A stretch of 64,000 nt of DNA. Origin: an uncultured Bacteroidia bacterium. Lineage in GTDB: Bacteria > Bacteroidota > Bacteroidia > Palsa-948. The translations under genes were made by a program, and so were the position numbers. Under the pieces are notes generated by a model. That model had not been told where the DNA came from. It did not search any database and worked only from the letters and a program-made list of their open reading frames with translations. Positions 9,331 to 20,017 of this stretch are shown here, one piece after another. Position 1 is the first letter of the stretch, and every line of letters starts with the position of its first letter. Location of the stretch: NCBI GenBank assembly GCA_964481195.1, contig CAYZTB010000004.1:24306-88305 (forward strand). The letters are read 5' to 3'.

Positions 9331-10730
9331 CTAATACTCCTTGCAAACAATTGTTTTTACACCATAATATTGGGCCTGGCAGGTATTTATCCAACTGGCA
9401 GAGTCTTTACTTAGGTCCAGTACAAATAATGATTTTGGCTTATTGCTTAATGGGGTCAATACTAGATCCAGTCCTTTATTCTCAAGCTTGGACAGCACTT
9501 CGTTTCGAATATTTATTTCCTTCTCAAAATTTTGTACGCGACCATACCAAATATCTTCTAGCACATCATATCCATTATTGGTAGTTAGCAGTGAGCCAAT
9601 AATTAAAACTAGCACAAGCATTTGAACTTTTTTTGCTTTAAATGAATCAATATTTATTTTTTCAATATAGGTTGATGCATACATGCCAATGCTTATAAGC
9701 CAGTACAGCATAAAGAAAAAGCAAGCAACATTGTTCTATGCTGACCTAATATATTGGTTGCCCAGTAAGGAGGGAAGATGCATACGAATAATATTATAAA
9801 ATGAAAAAATGCAACCAGCCAAGGATTTAGAAGCAAGTCATTTTTTAATATTGAAAAACTTTTTTTATTGGCAGATAAAATTCGCACAAATAAGAAAGTA
9901 GAAAATAGCAAAGGCAAGGAAGAGATCCAGTCAAACCCAAAGCGTGCTATTTGCAACAAACTTTGAATCAGGGAATGAAAAAAATTGTGATTATCTGGAT
10001 AAGCAGCAGTCCGAAAGCTATTTCCCGGAGCGAGTAACATAAGCAATGAAAAAGAAAGACAGGTGGCCAGAATTAAATACCAGGAGCCAGCTAATTTTTT
10101 ATTTTGATGCAACGACAAATATAAAATCATGCCGTGTATTATAATCAATAAGAAAGTAACTACTTCGCTGAATCCAAGCGTAAGAATCAGTATAACAAGT
10201 AGGAGCAGCAAATGAAACCCTTTGTGAAATAGATATTTCATTTTGTAGTAATCAATTAATAAACCTAAGTATAAAAGGCAAAACGATATTCCAGTTTGAT
10301 AATTGACTGCGGCCGTAAAAAAATAAAAACCTTCTGCTAAGGTTGGTATTTGATTTAAGTAGATCAATACAAAAAACAGACTGATGTTCATCGAATCTAT
10401 TCGTGATAAAGCGTATTCGCTAAGCGCTCTAAAAAAATAATAAACAGAAAAAATAGTTAACGCAATTTGAAAAATAGGGATGAGTGTATATAATTCAGTA
10501 TATGAAAATGCAATTGGGTTTAATAATATAAGTGCGTTGGTAGCATAGCGACCACCCATGCCCATAAATAATCCCAGGTAATTATCTGTAAAAGAATTTG
10601 CAGCGATTAAGTTTGAAAAACAATAATCATCAGCAACGGGCTGCGCAAACTGCGCAATATAGATGTATGGAGAAATTGCAGCTAGCAATGCCAGAAGCAA
10701 CAAGTATTTTAGATAAGCGGATTTCTCCAA
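9331..10730 (-). pseudogene. DUF6056-like GT-C-type membrane protein split by a frameshift near 9725-9735
   Basis: ORFs 9693..10730 and 9331..9711 overlap; N-terminal PVADDYCF and GGRY; a frame change restores HRT-NVACFFFMLYW continuity. Confidence 0.7.
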
Positions 10731-10737
10731 GCGAAAA

Positions 10738-12831
10738 TTATAAAATGTTGTTTAGCAATTGCTCATCCACTAAATTGGGCAGGGTAACTTTCAATTTTTT
10801 GCTTCGTTTCATTTCACGCTCTATGGCAAAAATAGCTTCTTTGTTACGCGCCCAACCTCTGCGAGCAATACCGTTATTTACATCCCAGAAAAGCATGGAT
10901 TTTAATCTGCGATCTGCATCTTTGCTGCCGTCCAGCACCATACCAAATCCACCATTTATTACTTCGCCCCAGCCAACACCCCCTCCGTTGTGCAGCGATA
11001 TCCAAGTAGCCCCGCGAAATCCATCGCCAACAAAATTCTGAACAGCCATGTCGGCAGTGAACTGAGAGCCATCATAAATATTGGATGTTTCCCGATATGG
11101 AGAATCTGTTCCCGATACATCGTGATGATCGCGCCCCAGCACAACCGGAGCAGATATTTTTTTTGCTTTGATCGCCTTGTTAAATGCTTCGGCAATTTTT
11201 ATTCTTCCTTCCGCATCGGCATACAAAATACGCGCTTGCGATCCAACAACCATTTTATTTTTCTGCGCTTCTTTTATCCAATGAATATTATCGGCTAGCT
11301 GTTGTTTTATTTCCTTGGGAGCTTTCTTGTAAATCCCTTCCAGCATCTTTGCGGCAATTTTATCTGTTACTTCTAAGTCTTTAGGATTTGCAGAGGTACA
11401 CACCCATCGAAAAGGACCAAAGCCATAGTCGAAACACATCGGCCCCATAATATCTTGAACGTAAGAAGGGTAGCGGAACACCCCACTCCCCGCTCTCCCC
11501 GAAGGGGAGAGAGTCGGAGTACTATCTTCTCCCCCTTTGGGGGAGATAAGAGAGGGGGTGTGGCTGTAAACATCCGCTCCAGCTCTTCCTGCCTCGAGCA
11601 AAAACGCATTTCCATAATCGAAAAAATACATGCCCTGTGCTGTAAGTTTATTTACGGCATTTACATGACGCACGAGCGTTTTTTGAACTTCTACTTTAAA
11701 CTGTGCAGGGTTTTCTGCCATCATTTTGTTTGCTTCATCAAAAGAAATCCCTACGGGATAATAACCTCCTGAATATGGATTGTGAAGAGAAGTTTGATCA
11801 GAACCCATTTCAACTTTTACGTTTTCAGCAGCAAACTTTTCCCATAGATCTACAATGTTGCCTTGATAAGCTAGCGACACCGCTTCTTTTTTATTTCTTG
11901 CAATTTCAATTCTTGCTATAAGCGTATCCAAATCTGAAAAAACTTCGTTCACCCATCCCTGCGAATGTCGTGTATATGTTGCTTTGGGATTTATTTCTGC
12001 AATCACAGCGATTGCACCTGCAATTACTCCTGCTTTGGGCTGCGCTCCACTCATGCCGCCCAGTCCTGAAGAAACAAAAAGAAGCCTCTCCCCAGCCCTC
12101 CCCGTTGGAGAGGGAGTATTTGCCCGATACATACGTGAAGCATTCAAAAGGGTGATGGTTGTGCCGTGCACTATTCCTTGCGGACCAATGTACATGAAGG
12201 ACCCAGCAGTCATTTGTCCGTATTGAGTTACACCCAGTGCATTGTATTTTTCCCAATCATCCTGCTTGGAATAATTTGGAATCATCATGCCATTGGTAAC
12301 AACTACGCGAGGCGCATCTTTATGTGATGGAAACAATCCTAACGGATGGCCAGAATACATTACAAGCGTTTGCTCATTCGTCATCGTTGCCAAATAGTTC
12401 ATGGTAAGCAAGTACTGCGCCCAGTTTTGAAAAACTGCTCCGTTGCCACCGTAGGTTATTAGCTCGTGCGGGTGTTGCGCCACAGCATAATCCAAGTTGT
12501 TGGACAGCATGTGCATGATGGCGCCTGCTTGCTTGGACTTATAGGGATATTCTGAAATTGGTCTGGCAAAAATTTTATAATCCGGACGAAAGCGGTACAT
12601 GTAAATACGTCCGTACGTTTTTAGTTCATCAGCAAATTCTTTAGCAAGCGTAGCATGAAACTTTTTTTGAAAATATCGCAGCGCATTTTTAATAGCCAAC
12701 TTTTTTTCATCGGTCGATAAAATATCTTTTCGCTTAGGTGCGTGATTGAGCGAGCGATCAAATTCTTTTACAGCAGGCAATTTATCCGGAATGCCTTTCA
12801 AAATCTCTTTTTGAAATTCTTTTTTTGTCAT
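10738..12831 (-). CDS. hutU: Urocanate hydratase (long form) with two repeat-derived insertions
   Basis: GQMTAGSFMYIGPQGIVHGT, GLGGMSGAQPKA, GRDHHDVSGTDSPYRET, HNGGGVGWG. Confidence 0.97.
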   Translation of the reverse strand: MTKKEFQKEILKGIPDKLPAVKEFDRSLNHAPKRKDILSTDEKKLAIKNALRYFQKKFHATLAKEFADELKTYGRIYMYRFRPDYKIFARPISEYPYKSKQAGAIMHMLSNNLDYAVAQHPHELITYGGNGAVFQNWAQYLLTMNYLATMTNEQTLVMYSGHPLGLFPSHKDAPRVVVTNGMMIPNYSKQDDWEKYNALGVTQYGQMTAGSFMYIGPQGIVHGTTITLLNASRMYRANTPSPTGRAGERLLFVSSGLGGMSGAQPKAGVIAGAIAVIAEINPKATYTRHSQGWVNEVFSDLDTLIARIEIARNKKEAVSLAYQGNIVDLWEKFAAENVKVEMGSDQTSLHNPYSGGYYPVGISFDEANKMMAENPAQFKVEVQKTLVRHVNAVNKLTAQGMYFFDYGNAFLLEAGRAGADVYSHTPSLISPKGGEDSTPTLSPSGRAGSGVFRYPSYVQDIMGPMCFDYGFGPFRWVCTSANPKDLEVTDKIAAKMLEGIYKKAPKEIKQQLADNIHWIKEAQKNKMVVGSQARILYADAEGRIKIAEAFNKAIKAKKISAPVVLGRDHHDVSGTDSPYRETSNIYDGSQFTADMAVQNFVGDGFRGATWISLHNGGGVGWGEVINGGFGMVLDGSKDADRRLKSMLFWDVNNGIARRGWARNKEAIFAIEREMKRSKKLKVTLPNLVDEQLLNNIL
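11481..11558. repeat. Family C palindromic doublet, in-frame inside hutU
   Basis: CTCTCCCC-GAA-GGGGAGAG, spacer, CTCCCCC-TTT-GGGGGAG-ATAAGAGAGG; encodes PSLISPKGGEDSTPTLSPSGRAGSG. Confidence 0.85.
12084..12116. repeat. Family C single arm inside hutU
   Basis: GCCTCTCCCCAGCCCTCCCCGTTGGAGAGGGAG; encodes TPSPTGRAGERL. Confidence 0.75.
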
Positions 12832-14246
12832 TTGGTTTTTTGATATAGATGAAACCGAGTGGTGGGAATATTTATTTTTTTTAGTTGTATAGAATCGGAC
12901 GCCTGCGTGCCAGTCTCTAGCACTACAAATTCATTGTCCGTAGTTATTTTATTGTCTATGCAAATATAATAATGCCGAATTAAATATTCTTGAAACGACC
13001 ATTGACTCCATAAATCATACGAGGCACCAACCACAGAGCCCCTCGGCACTATTTTCCCAATCAGATGAACATCTTCGATTGCAGTCTTGTCACGACTAAA
13101 GCCACCGGTGTGCATCGTTGATATAAGTAGTACAGAAATGAGCAAAAAAGGTGCGATTGTTCTAAAAATTGTGAATCCAATGGAGTGGATATTAATCTTC
13201 TCCACTAATAAGGAAAGAATGGGTGCTGTAATTATAGCTGCAACCAAAGCGAAGTAGGGCAGGGAGGTGGCCAAGTAAAATCCCCTTTGCTCAAGTGTTA
13301 TCATTAATGGGAAGGAAGCGGCAATGCCAATTAGTAAAAAGAACAAAGAGTTTTTCCACATCGCGGCAGAAATCGATGCCGGTATTTTTTTTTGCCGAGC
13401 GGCAAGAATCACGATAAGAGCGAATAGTATCATCGGCAGTAACTCCGATACCAATCTACCCAAAAGATAAAACCTTCCGTCACCATTATCTACGTGCTGA
13501 ATGCTATTCAACACACGGTTGTGTAGATAGGCACTTAGGCTTTCGTAGGCAGAATCATTTTGAAGGAGTAGAATTAATAGTATAGACGGAATCAGAATTA
13601 AGAGCATCGTGTTGGCCAACATTTTTTTTGCTGAAATATTTTTGTAGCAGATCCACCAGGCAAAAACAACAGCTAAGGGAAACAAGCCTTGTATCCCCTT
13701 GGTAAGCCCGGCCAACAAAATAAAAATTCCTGCCCCTGCCAGCATAAGATAGGAATTGGATTTTAGAAATCGAATAGTAAGCAGCACAGCGATCAGGTCA
13801 AATACCGACATGGTATTTTCCATCACGTTGTTTGAAAAAGCCCAAAAACAAACAGGCACCGTAATCCATAAGATGATAGGCAGCCAAGCCAATCCTTTTT
13901 TTTCAGCATCATTCTCAAAAACGCTTCGCCACATCAATACAATTAAAACTGCATTTAGAATGGCAGTAAGAAAGGAATACCCCCTCTCCACATAAATACC
14001 ATTCCCGAATGCAGAAAAGAAGAGGGCCTGAATTCCAAAACCTAACGGAGGCTGCTGATCAAAAAAAGAATGCAGCGTTTTGCTGAAGTGCGGAAACCAA
14101 AATGTTCCAATACCTTCGGATAGGTTTTTTGCCACAGATGCATAGAGCAGTCCGTCCATAAACATTCCATCCTCAAACAGCGTGGGGAGGATGAGTGCGC
14201 AGAGCAGCGCAAGGGTAAGTATCCAAAAGGGAAGGTGTTTTTGCAT
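12828..14246 (-). CDS. ArnT/PMT-like (GT39/83) membrane glycosyltransferase
   Basis: DGMFMDGLLYASVAKNL, FDQQPPL, multiple TM helices, LTKGIQGLFP. Confidence 0.85.
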   Translation of the reverse strand: MQKHLPFWILTLALLCALILPTLFEDGMFMDGLLYASVAKNLSEGIGTFWFPHFSKTLHSFFDQQPPLGFGIQALFFSAFGNGIYVERGYSFLTAILNAVLIVLMWRSVFENDAEKKGLAWLPIILWITVPVCFWAFSNNVMENTMSVFDLIAVLLTIRFLKSNSYLMLAGAGIFILLAGLTKGIQGLFPLAVVFAWWICYKNISAKKMLANTMLLILIPSILLILLLQNDSAYESLSAYLHNRVLNSIQHVDNGDGRFYLLGRLVSELLPMILFALIVILAARQKKIPASISAAMWKNSLFFLLIGIAASFPLMITLEQRGFYLATSLPYFALVAAIITAPILSLLVEKINIHSIGFTIFRTIAPFLLISVLLISTMHTGGFSRDKTAIEDVHLIGKIVPRGSVVGASYDLWSQWSFQEYLIRHYYICIDNKITTDNEFVVLETGTQASDSIQLKKINIPTTRFHLYQKTK

Positions 14247-14255
14247 GATGAAAAA

Positions 14256-15404
<1,149 letters not shown>

Positions 15405-15483
15405 GAGAGGCGATTAACAGCTTTGTGTTTATAAGCTATTAATTTGCATAAGGAATTTATTATCTGTCTGATTATTTTTACGT

Positions 15484-16464
15484 ATGGTAAAGAAAGTATT
15501 TTCTTGTGCATTTATTTTTCGTAATAATAATATTTCAGCTATTCTTTGTCTTCTCCCTATTTCCTTATTCCTATTACCTAATCCCTTAGCTTCTCAACCT
15601 GCCGAGTACCGCACCACCCGTGCCGATTACATAGAAAAATACAAGGATATTGCCATAAAAGAAATGATGGTAAACGGCATTCCAGCAAGCATAACATTGG
15701 CGCAAGGCATTTTAGAATCGGATGGAGGCAACAGCGCCTTAGCTATGTATGCAAACAATCACTTTGGTATTAAGTGCCATAAAGAATGGAATGGAGCCAA
15801 ATACATTCAGGATGATGATGAGAAGAACGAATGTTTCCGGAAATATAAAACGGCCGAGGAATCTTTTGACGACCATTCAGAGTTTCTGAAAACACGTGGC
15901 AGGTATGCTACTCTTTTTGAACTTCGTAAAACCGATTACAAAGGCTGGGCCGATGGATTGCGAGAAGCAGGCTATGCTACCGACAAAAGTTACGCTGCAC
16001 GACTCATTAAATTAATTGAGGACAACAAGCTCTACCAATTTGACCGCATGCAAGAAATGGCAATAGATAGTAAGGACAAGAAAAACCCGCAGCCACAAGT
16101 TATAAAACCAACGAATACTTCATCGCCAGCTAAAAAGATTTTTTTGAATAATAGAATAAAATATGTAGTGGTAGAGGATGGCGACACATACTATAAAATT
16201 GCGCAACGCTTAGATATGCGACTGTGGCAGCTGCACAACTACAACGAAACCGGAAAGCAAACTTGTTTGGAAGTGGGCGATATTGTTTACATGCAACCCA
16301 AGCGCAGGCATTCTCAAAAGGAACAATTTCATACACTGCGCTGGGGCGAAAGCATGTATTACATCTCCCAGCTTTATGGAATTAAGATGCGACATCTTAA
16401 CCGCCTAAACAAAATGCAGGATGGGCAAGAGCCCGCAGCAGGACAGAGGATTAAGTTGCGTTGA
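15484..16464 (+). CDS. GH73 glucosaminidase with two LysM domains (peptidoglycan hydrolase)
   Basis: IPASITLAQGILES, NNHFGIKCH, AGYATDKSYA, two LysM repeats. Confidence 0.93.
   Translation: MVKKVFSCAFIFRNNNISAILCLLPISLFLLPNPLASQPAEYRTTRADYIEKYKDIAIKEMMVNGIPASITLAQGILESDGGNSALAMYANNHFGIKCHKEWNGAKYIQDDDEKNECFRKYKTAEESFDDHSEFLKTRGRYATLFELRKTDYKGWADGLREAGYATDKSYAARLIKLIEDNKLYQFDRMQEMAIDSKDKKNPQPQVIKPTNTSSPAKKIFLNNRIKYVVVEDGDTYYKIAQRLDMRLWQLHNYNETGKQTCLEVGDIVYMQPKRRHSQKEQFHTLRWGESMYYISQLYGIKMRHLNRLNKMQDGQEPAAGQRIKLR
15556..15590. repeat. Degenerate 7-mer tandem array (CCTWWTN x5) in the signal-peptide region
   Basis: CCTATTT CCTTATT CCTATTA CCTAATC CCTTAGC. Confidence 0.55.
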
Positions 16465-16644
16465 CTTCGACAAGCTCAGTCAACGGGGAGTTTTTTGTGT
16501 CCGAGTAATTTCTGGTAGTTGAGCAGTTTCTGATGATTGAGCTGCTCCAGTGGTTGAGCAGTACCTGGTAGTTGAGCTGCTCCGGTGGTTGAGCAGTACC
16601 TGGTGGTTGAGCAGTACCTGGTGGTTGAGCTTGTCGAAACCACC
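16459..16644. repeat. Family B inverted REP pair enclosing a 7-unit 17/18-bp tandem array
   Basis: CGTTGAC-TTCGACAAGCTCA-GTCAACG at 16459-16485; TTGAGC cores at 16519, 16537, 16554, 16572, 16589, 16607, 16625; terminal GGTGGTT-GAGCTTGTCGA-AACCACC. Confidence 0.9.
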
Positions 16645-16654
16645 GTTAATAAGA

Positions 16655-16948
16655 ATGAAAGGCTGGATGTATATTTTAGAATGTTCTGATGGTAGCTATT
16701 ACACAGGCAGCACCAATAATTTGGAATATCGTTTTCAACAGCATCAAAATGGAGAGGGTGCTAACCATACTAAAAAGCACTTACCTGTGAAACTTGTGTA
16801 CTATGAGGAATATCCAAGAGTAGATCAAGCATTTTATCGCGAGAAACAGGTGCAGGGCTGGAGTCGAAAAAAGAAAGAAGCAATGATTCATAGCAAGCCG
16901 GAGATATTGCCCGAACTATCTAAAAACTACACTCAATTTCCACAATAA
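16655..16948 (+). CDS. Stand-alone GIY-YIG nuclease (UPF0213/YhbQ-like)
   Basis: MKGWMYILECSDGSYYTGST, RFQQH, AFYREKQVQGWSRKKKEA; the track's upstream extension is translated repeat. Confidence 0.9.
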   Translation: MKGWMYILECSDGSYYTGSTNNLEYRFQQHQNGEGANHTKKHLPVKLVYYEEYPRVDQAFYREKQVQGWSRKKKEAMIHSKPEILPELSKNYTQFPQ

Positions 16949-16959
16949 ATTTATTGATT

Positions 16960-17106
16960 CGGCAACTGGCAAGCGCTAAAGCAGACCCCGATGTTGGGTA
17001 TAGGTTAAGCCTCTGTCAGATTTAGAAGGACAGCTAAGCTGCCAGAAAATAATCGAGCGATGGTTACCCTTCGCTCAACGGGAGCCAACCTGTTGCTATA
17101 GGCAAC
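16960..17106. other. Possible attC-like recombination site
   Basis: Outer CGGCAAC...GTTGCTA ends ~140 bp apart, GC-richer than the flanks, abuts the TPR gene stop; internal symmetry is weak. Confidence 0.35.
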
Positions 17107-17109
17107 TAA

Positions 17110-17863
17110 CTATTTACAAATTCGTTCAGTAATATTATCAATTCGAATTTTATATCCAATCATTTCCTCTTCGCTTCCATGAAAATAGGTAAGCGATATT
17201 TTGCTTTTAGCTTCATTTGCAAATTTACATGCTTCCTTATGATTGTTTAATCGCTCTAGTATGATTATTTTTGTAATTAGAGCCTTAGACTTTCAGGATA
17301 TATTTTCAGTGCTGTATCAATCAGCGTAAGCGCAAGTTGTATGTTTTCCTGAGCGAAGGCTAAATGCGCTTGTTGAACTAGACCAACCTCATTAGTTTTG
17401 GAGTCAGTTTTAAAATTGTCTATTTCAACTTGAGCATCATTATACAACTTGTGTTTTATGTAAACTTGCGAAACTGCATCGACAAAATAATAGTCATTAG
17501 GGTTTTCCGAATTTAGATAACGAAAATCTGAAACCGACTGCTTTACTGAATCTAAATTATTATAACATTCAGCACGGAGCTTGATAATTATTGTGCTGTC
17601 GATTGGTTTATTGTTAATATAGTTTTGTGACATTTTTCCTTTAATTCTGAATTCTTGTAAGTTTCTTAATGCAGCTTTTAAGTCTTTTAAAGCTTCAGGG
17701 TAATCTTTTTTTCCATAAAAGCGATTCCTCTGTAAGCTAACAATTCTGGGTTATTAGGATCTTCAGTTAATGAGTAGTTTAGAATTTTAACAGCATCATC
17801 TGATTGAGAAAATAAATTTACTGATAAAAATGTTAGGACTGAAAAGAATAACGTTGGCTTCAT
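17110..17863 (-). pseudogene. Secreted TPR protein with two -1 frameshifts
   Basis: MKPTLFFSVLTFLSVNLFSQ...PNNPELLAYRGIAFME; frameshift in an A7 run (17706-17712); middle ORF 17277..17633; second shift near 17292; tail ...KIRIDNITERICK*. Confidence 0.75.
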
Positions 17864-17871
17864 GATTGGTT

Positions 17872-17925
17872 GCTTATAACTTGTTTGTGCCGCTGTAAAT
17901 TTAGCTCTTTTACGTGGTTATGCGC
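17872..17925 (-). other. Short attC-like site upstream of the TPR gene
   Basis: Minus strand reads GCGCATAAC...(36 nt)...GTTATAAGC-aaccaatc-ATG. Confidence 0.35.
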
Positions 17926-17955
17926 CTTGCCCAATAAATATTGCAGCATATGGGT

Positions 17956-18303
17956 TTAGCCCAACTCAGCCAATATTTTCTCAATGGATATCTTCAAGCG
18001 AGGAATATCGGCATACACAACATTCCACACTTGTTTACTGGAGATGCCGAAATATTCATGAGCAATAACGTTTCGGAAAGCTTTAATTCTGTACCATTCT
18101 ACATCTAGATATTTTGCTTTGAGCTCATCTGAAAGTACATTAACTGCCTCGCCAATTATTTCCATTTGCCGCTCCACCGCAGACTGCACCAGAATATTGG
18201 AGCAATAGGCACTCTCATCCATTCCTTTTGTAAATAACAGAATGTGATTCATGGCATCTTGAACGTGAAGCAGGCGTTGCTTATCTCCAAGCGAATTTTT
18301 CAT
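17956..18303 (-). CDS. hepT: HepT/DUF86 HEPN ribonuclease toxin
   Basis: AVERQMEIIGEA and RNVIAHEY (Rx4H plus Tyr). Confidence 0.9.
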   Translation of the reverse strand: MKNSLGDKQRLLHVQDAMNHILLFTKGMDESAYCSNILVQSAVERQMEIIGEAVNVLSDELKAKYLDVEWYRIKAFRNVIAHEYFGISSKQVWNVVYADIPRLKISIEKILAELG

Positions 18304-18593
18304 CAGGGTCTTTCGAAAAGAAGAACTTTGCTTTTATCGACAAATGGACGGATATATTTTGATATTCCATCTTCTGAAACCAAATCAATCTTTTTCCCAA
18401 TAATTTTTTCAAGGTCTAGCTTCCAGCCTATAAAATCGAGTAAACTCACTTTTTTTTGTGTATAATCTACATCTACTAGCAAATCAATATCACTCTGTTC
18501 TGTTTGCTTGTTTTGAGCGTAGGAGCCAAATACATAGACACTTCTGACAGGAAGATTTTGAAAATAATCTTTTATAATCTGTAGGTTATTCAT
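18303..18593 (-). CDS. mntA: MNT minimal nucleotidyltransferase antitoxin
   Basis: VFGSYAQNKQTEQSDIDLLVD; 1-nt overlap with hepT; -7 element (TATCTTTG on minus) at 18601-18608. Confidence 0.9.
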   Translation of the reverse strand: MNNLQIIKDYFQNLPVRSVYVFGSYAQNKQTEQSDIDLLVDVDYTQKKVSLLDFIGWKLDLEKIIGKKIDLVSEDGISKYIRPFVDKSKVLLFERP

Positions 18594-18638
18594 CCAAGGA
18601 CAAAGATACTGTTTTTTATAGCGATAATAAAACCAATC

Positions 18639-19895
18639 TCACCCAAAAAACATATACGCAATAAACACAGCAGCAATTACACCTGCTAAATCTGCAATAA
18701 GTCCTCCCGCAACGGCATAGCGGGTGTTTCGTATTCCAACAGAGCCAAAATACAGCGCAACAATATAAAAAGTAGTATCAGCAGCGCCTTGAAAAATACA
18801 AGATAGGCGACCTGCAAAAGAATCTGCCCCATACTTGTTCATCGTTTCAATCATGAGCGCACGCGCACCACTGCCACTTAAAGGCTTCATAAAAGCTGTA
18901 GGTAGGGCATCTACAAATTCTGTTCTGCCGCCAATAGCTTGCACACAGTAAGCGATTCCTTGTACAATTATATCCATAGCCCCCGATGCGCGGAATACCG
19001 CAATGCCAACGAGCATAGCAACTAAGTAGGGAATAATTTTTATGCTGGTTTCAAACCCTGACTTAGCCCCTTCTATAAATGCATCGTACACATTTATTTT
19101 TTTTCGAAGTGCAGCAATTAAAAAGGCAGAAATTATTCCAAACAAAATAATATTTCCTGCAAACGAAGAACGTACTGCAATTTGTTCCTGCGTGAGGGTA
19201 GATAAATACCAAATAATTCCCCCTATGAAAGAAGTTACTCCGCCAATCCAGGCAAGTAAGACTTTATCAAACAAATTTATTTTTTGCCAAATTGCCACAG
19301 CAATAATTCCTGCCAAAGTAGAGCAATAAGTTGCCATGAGTAGTGGAATAAAAATATCCGAAGCATCGGCAGCGCCTAATATTTTTCGCTGCATCATAAT
19401 CGTAATCGGAATCATGGTAAGTCCGGAAGTATTCAAAACCAAAAACATGATTTGTGAATTAGAGGCGGTATCTTTTTGAGGATTTAATTCCTGCAAGCTT
19501 TGCATGGCTTTTAATCCAAGGGGAGTAGCGGCATTGTCAAGCCCTAACATATTGGCAGAAAAGTTCATAATGATATTTCCATGTGCAGGATGTCCTTTAG
19601 GCACTTGAGGAAATAATCGAGAGAAAAAAGGATTTACAATTTTTGCCAACCAGCTGATTGCTCCTGCTTCTTCACCAATTTTCATAAGTCCCAACCAAAG
19701 CGTCATTACTCCAATAAGCGGAAGCGCAATTTTCATAACGGCTAATTCAGAAGATTCAAAAGTGGCGTTGATGATGGCAGGAAAAATATCTAAGCCTCCA
19801 AACTCGGGGTGACCAACAAAATGCAGCACTACCTTAGCGATAGCTACTAGCAGCGCCACAAGAAAAAAAGAAATCCAAATGTAGTTGAGTAACAT
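18639..19895 (-). CDS. Fused SpmA/SpmB-like nucleoside-recognition (Gate) membrane protein
   Basis: ANMLGLDNAATPLGLKAM, PLSGSGARA, DTTFYIVALYFGSVGI. Confidence 0.88.
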   Translation of the reverse strand: MLLNYIWISFFLVALLVAIAKVVLHFVGHPEFGGLDIFPAIINATFESSELAVMKIALPLIGVMTLWLGLMKIGEEAGAISWLAKIVNPFFSRLFPQVPKGHPAHGNIIMNFSANMLGLDNAATPLGLKAMQSLQELNPQKDTASNSQIMFLVLNTSGLTMIPITIMMQRKILGAADASDIFIPLLMATYCSTLAGIIAVAIWQKINLFDKVLLAWIGGVTSFIGGIIWYLSTLTQEQIAVRSSFAGNIILFGIISAFLIAALRKKINVYDAFIEGAKSGFETSIKIIPYLVAMLVGIAVFRASGAMDIIVQGIAYCVQAIGGRTEFVDALPTAFMKPLSGSGARALMIETMNKYGADSFAGRLSCIFQGAADTTFYIVALYFGSVGIRNTRYAVAGGLIADLAGVIAAVFIAYMFFG

Positions 19896-19950
19896 AGTTT
19901 TTAGTTTCTAGTCTTTAGTTTTTGGTCCTTAATTCCCTATTACCTATTAA
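19895..19950. repeat. Degenerate 7-mer tandem array, 8 units, upstream of the spm gene
   Basis: TAGTTTT TAGTTTC TAGTCTT TAGTTTT TGGTCCT TAATTCC CTATTAC CTATTAA. Confidence 0.65.
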
Positions 19951-20017
19951 TTCAACAAATTTAGCTTTTTCTCTAAAGGGTAAAGAGGGGGCTTTCAATT
20001 AAAACGGCATTCGATTT

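Noticed and set aside
16509-16644. Tandem array as a CRISPR array
   Set aside because: Units of 17-18 bp are contiguous with no unique spacers, and there are no cas genes.
16550-16654. N-terminal extension of the GIY-YIG ORF (LSSTWW repeats)
   Set aside because: It is translated tandem repeat; the family starts at MKGWMYIL (16655).
18639-19895. Sporulation gene in a non-sporulating organism
   Set aside because: Fused SpmA/B Gate-domain proteins are widespread in Bacteroidota and do not indicate sporulation.
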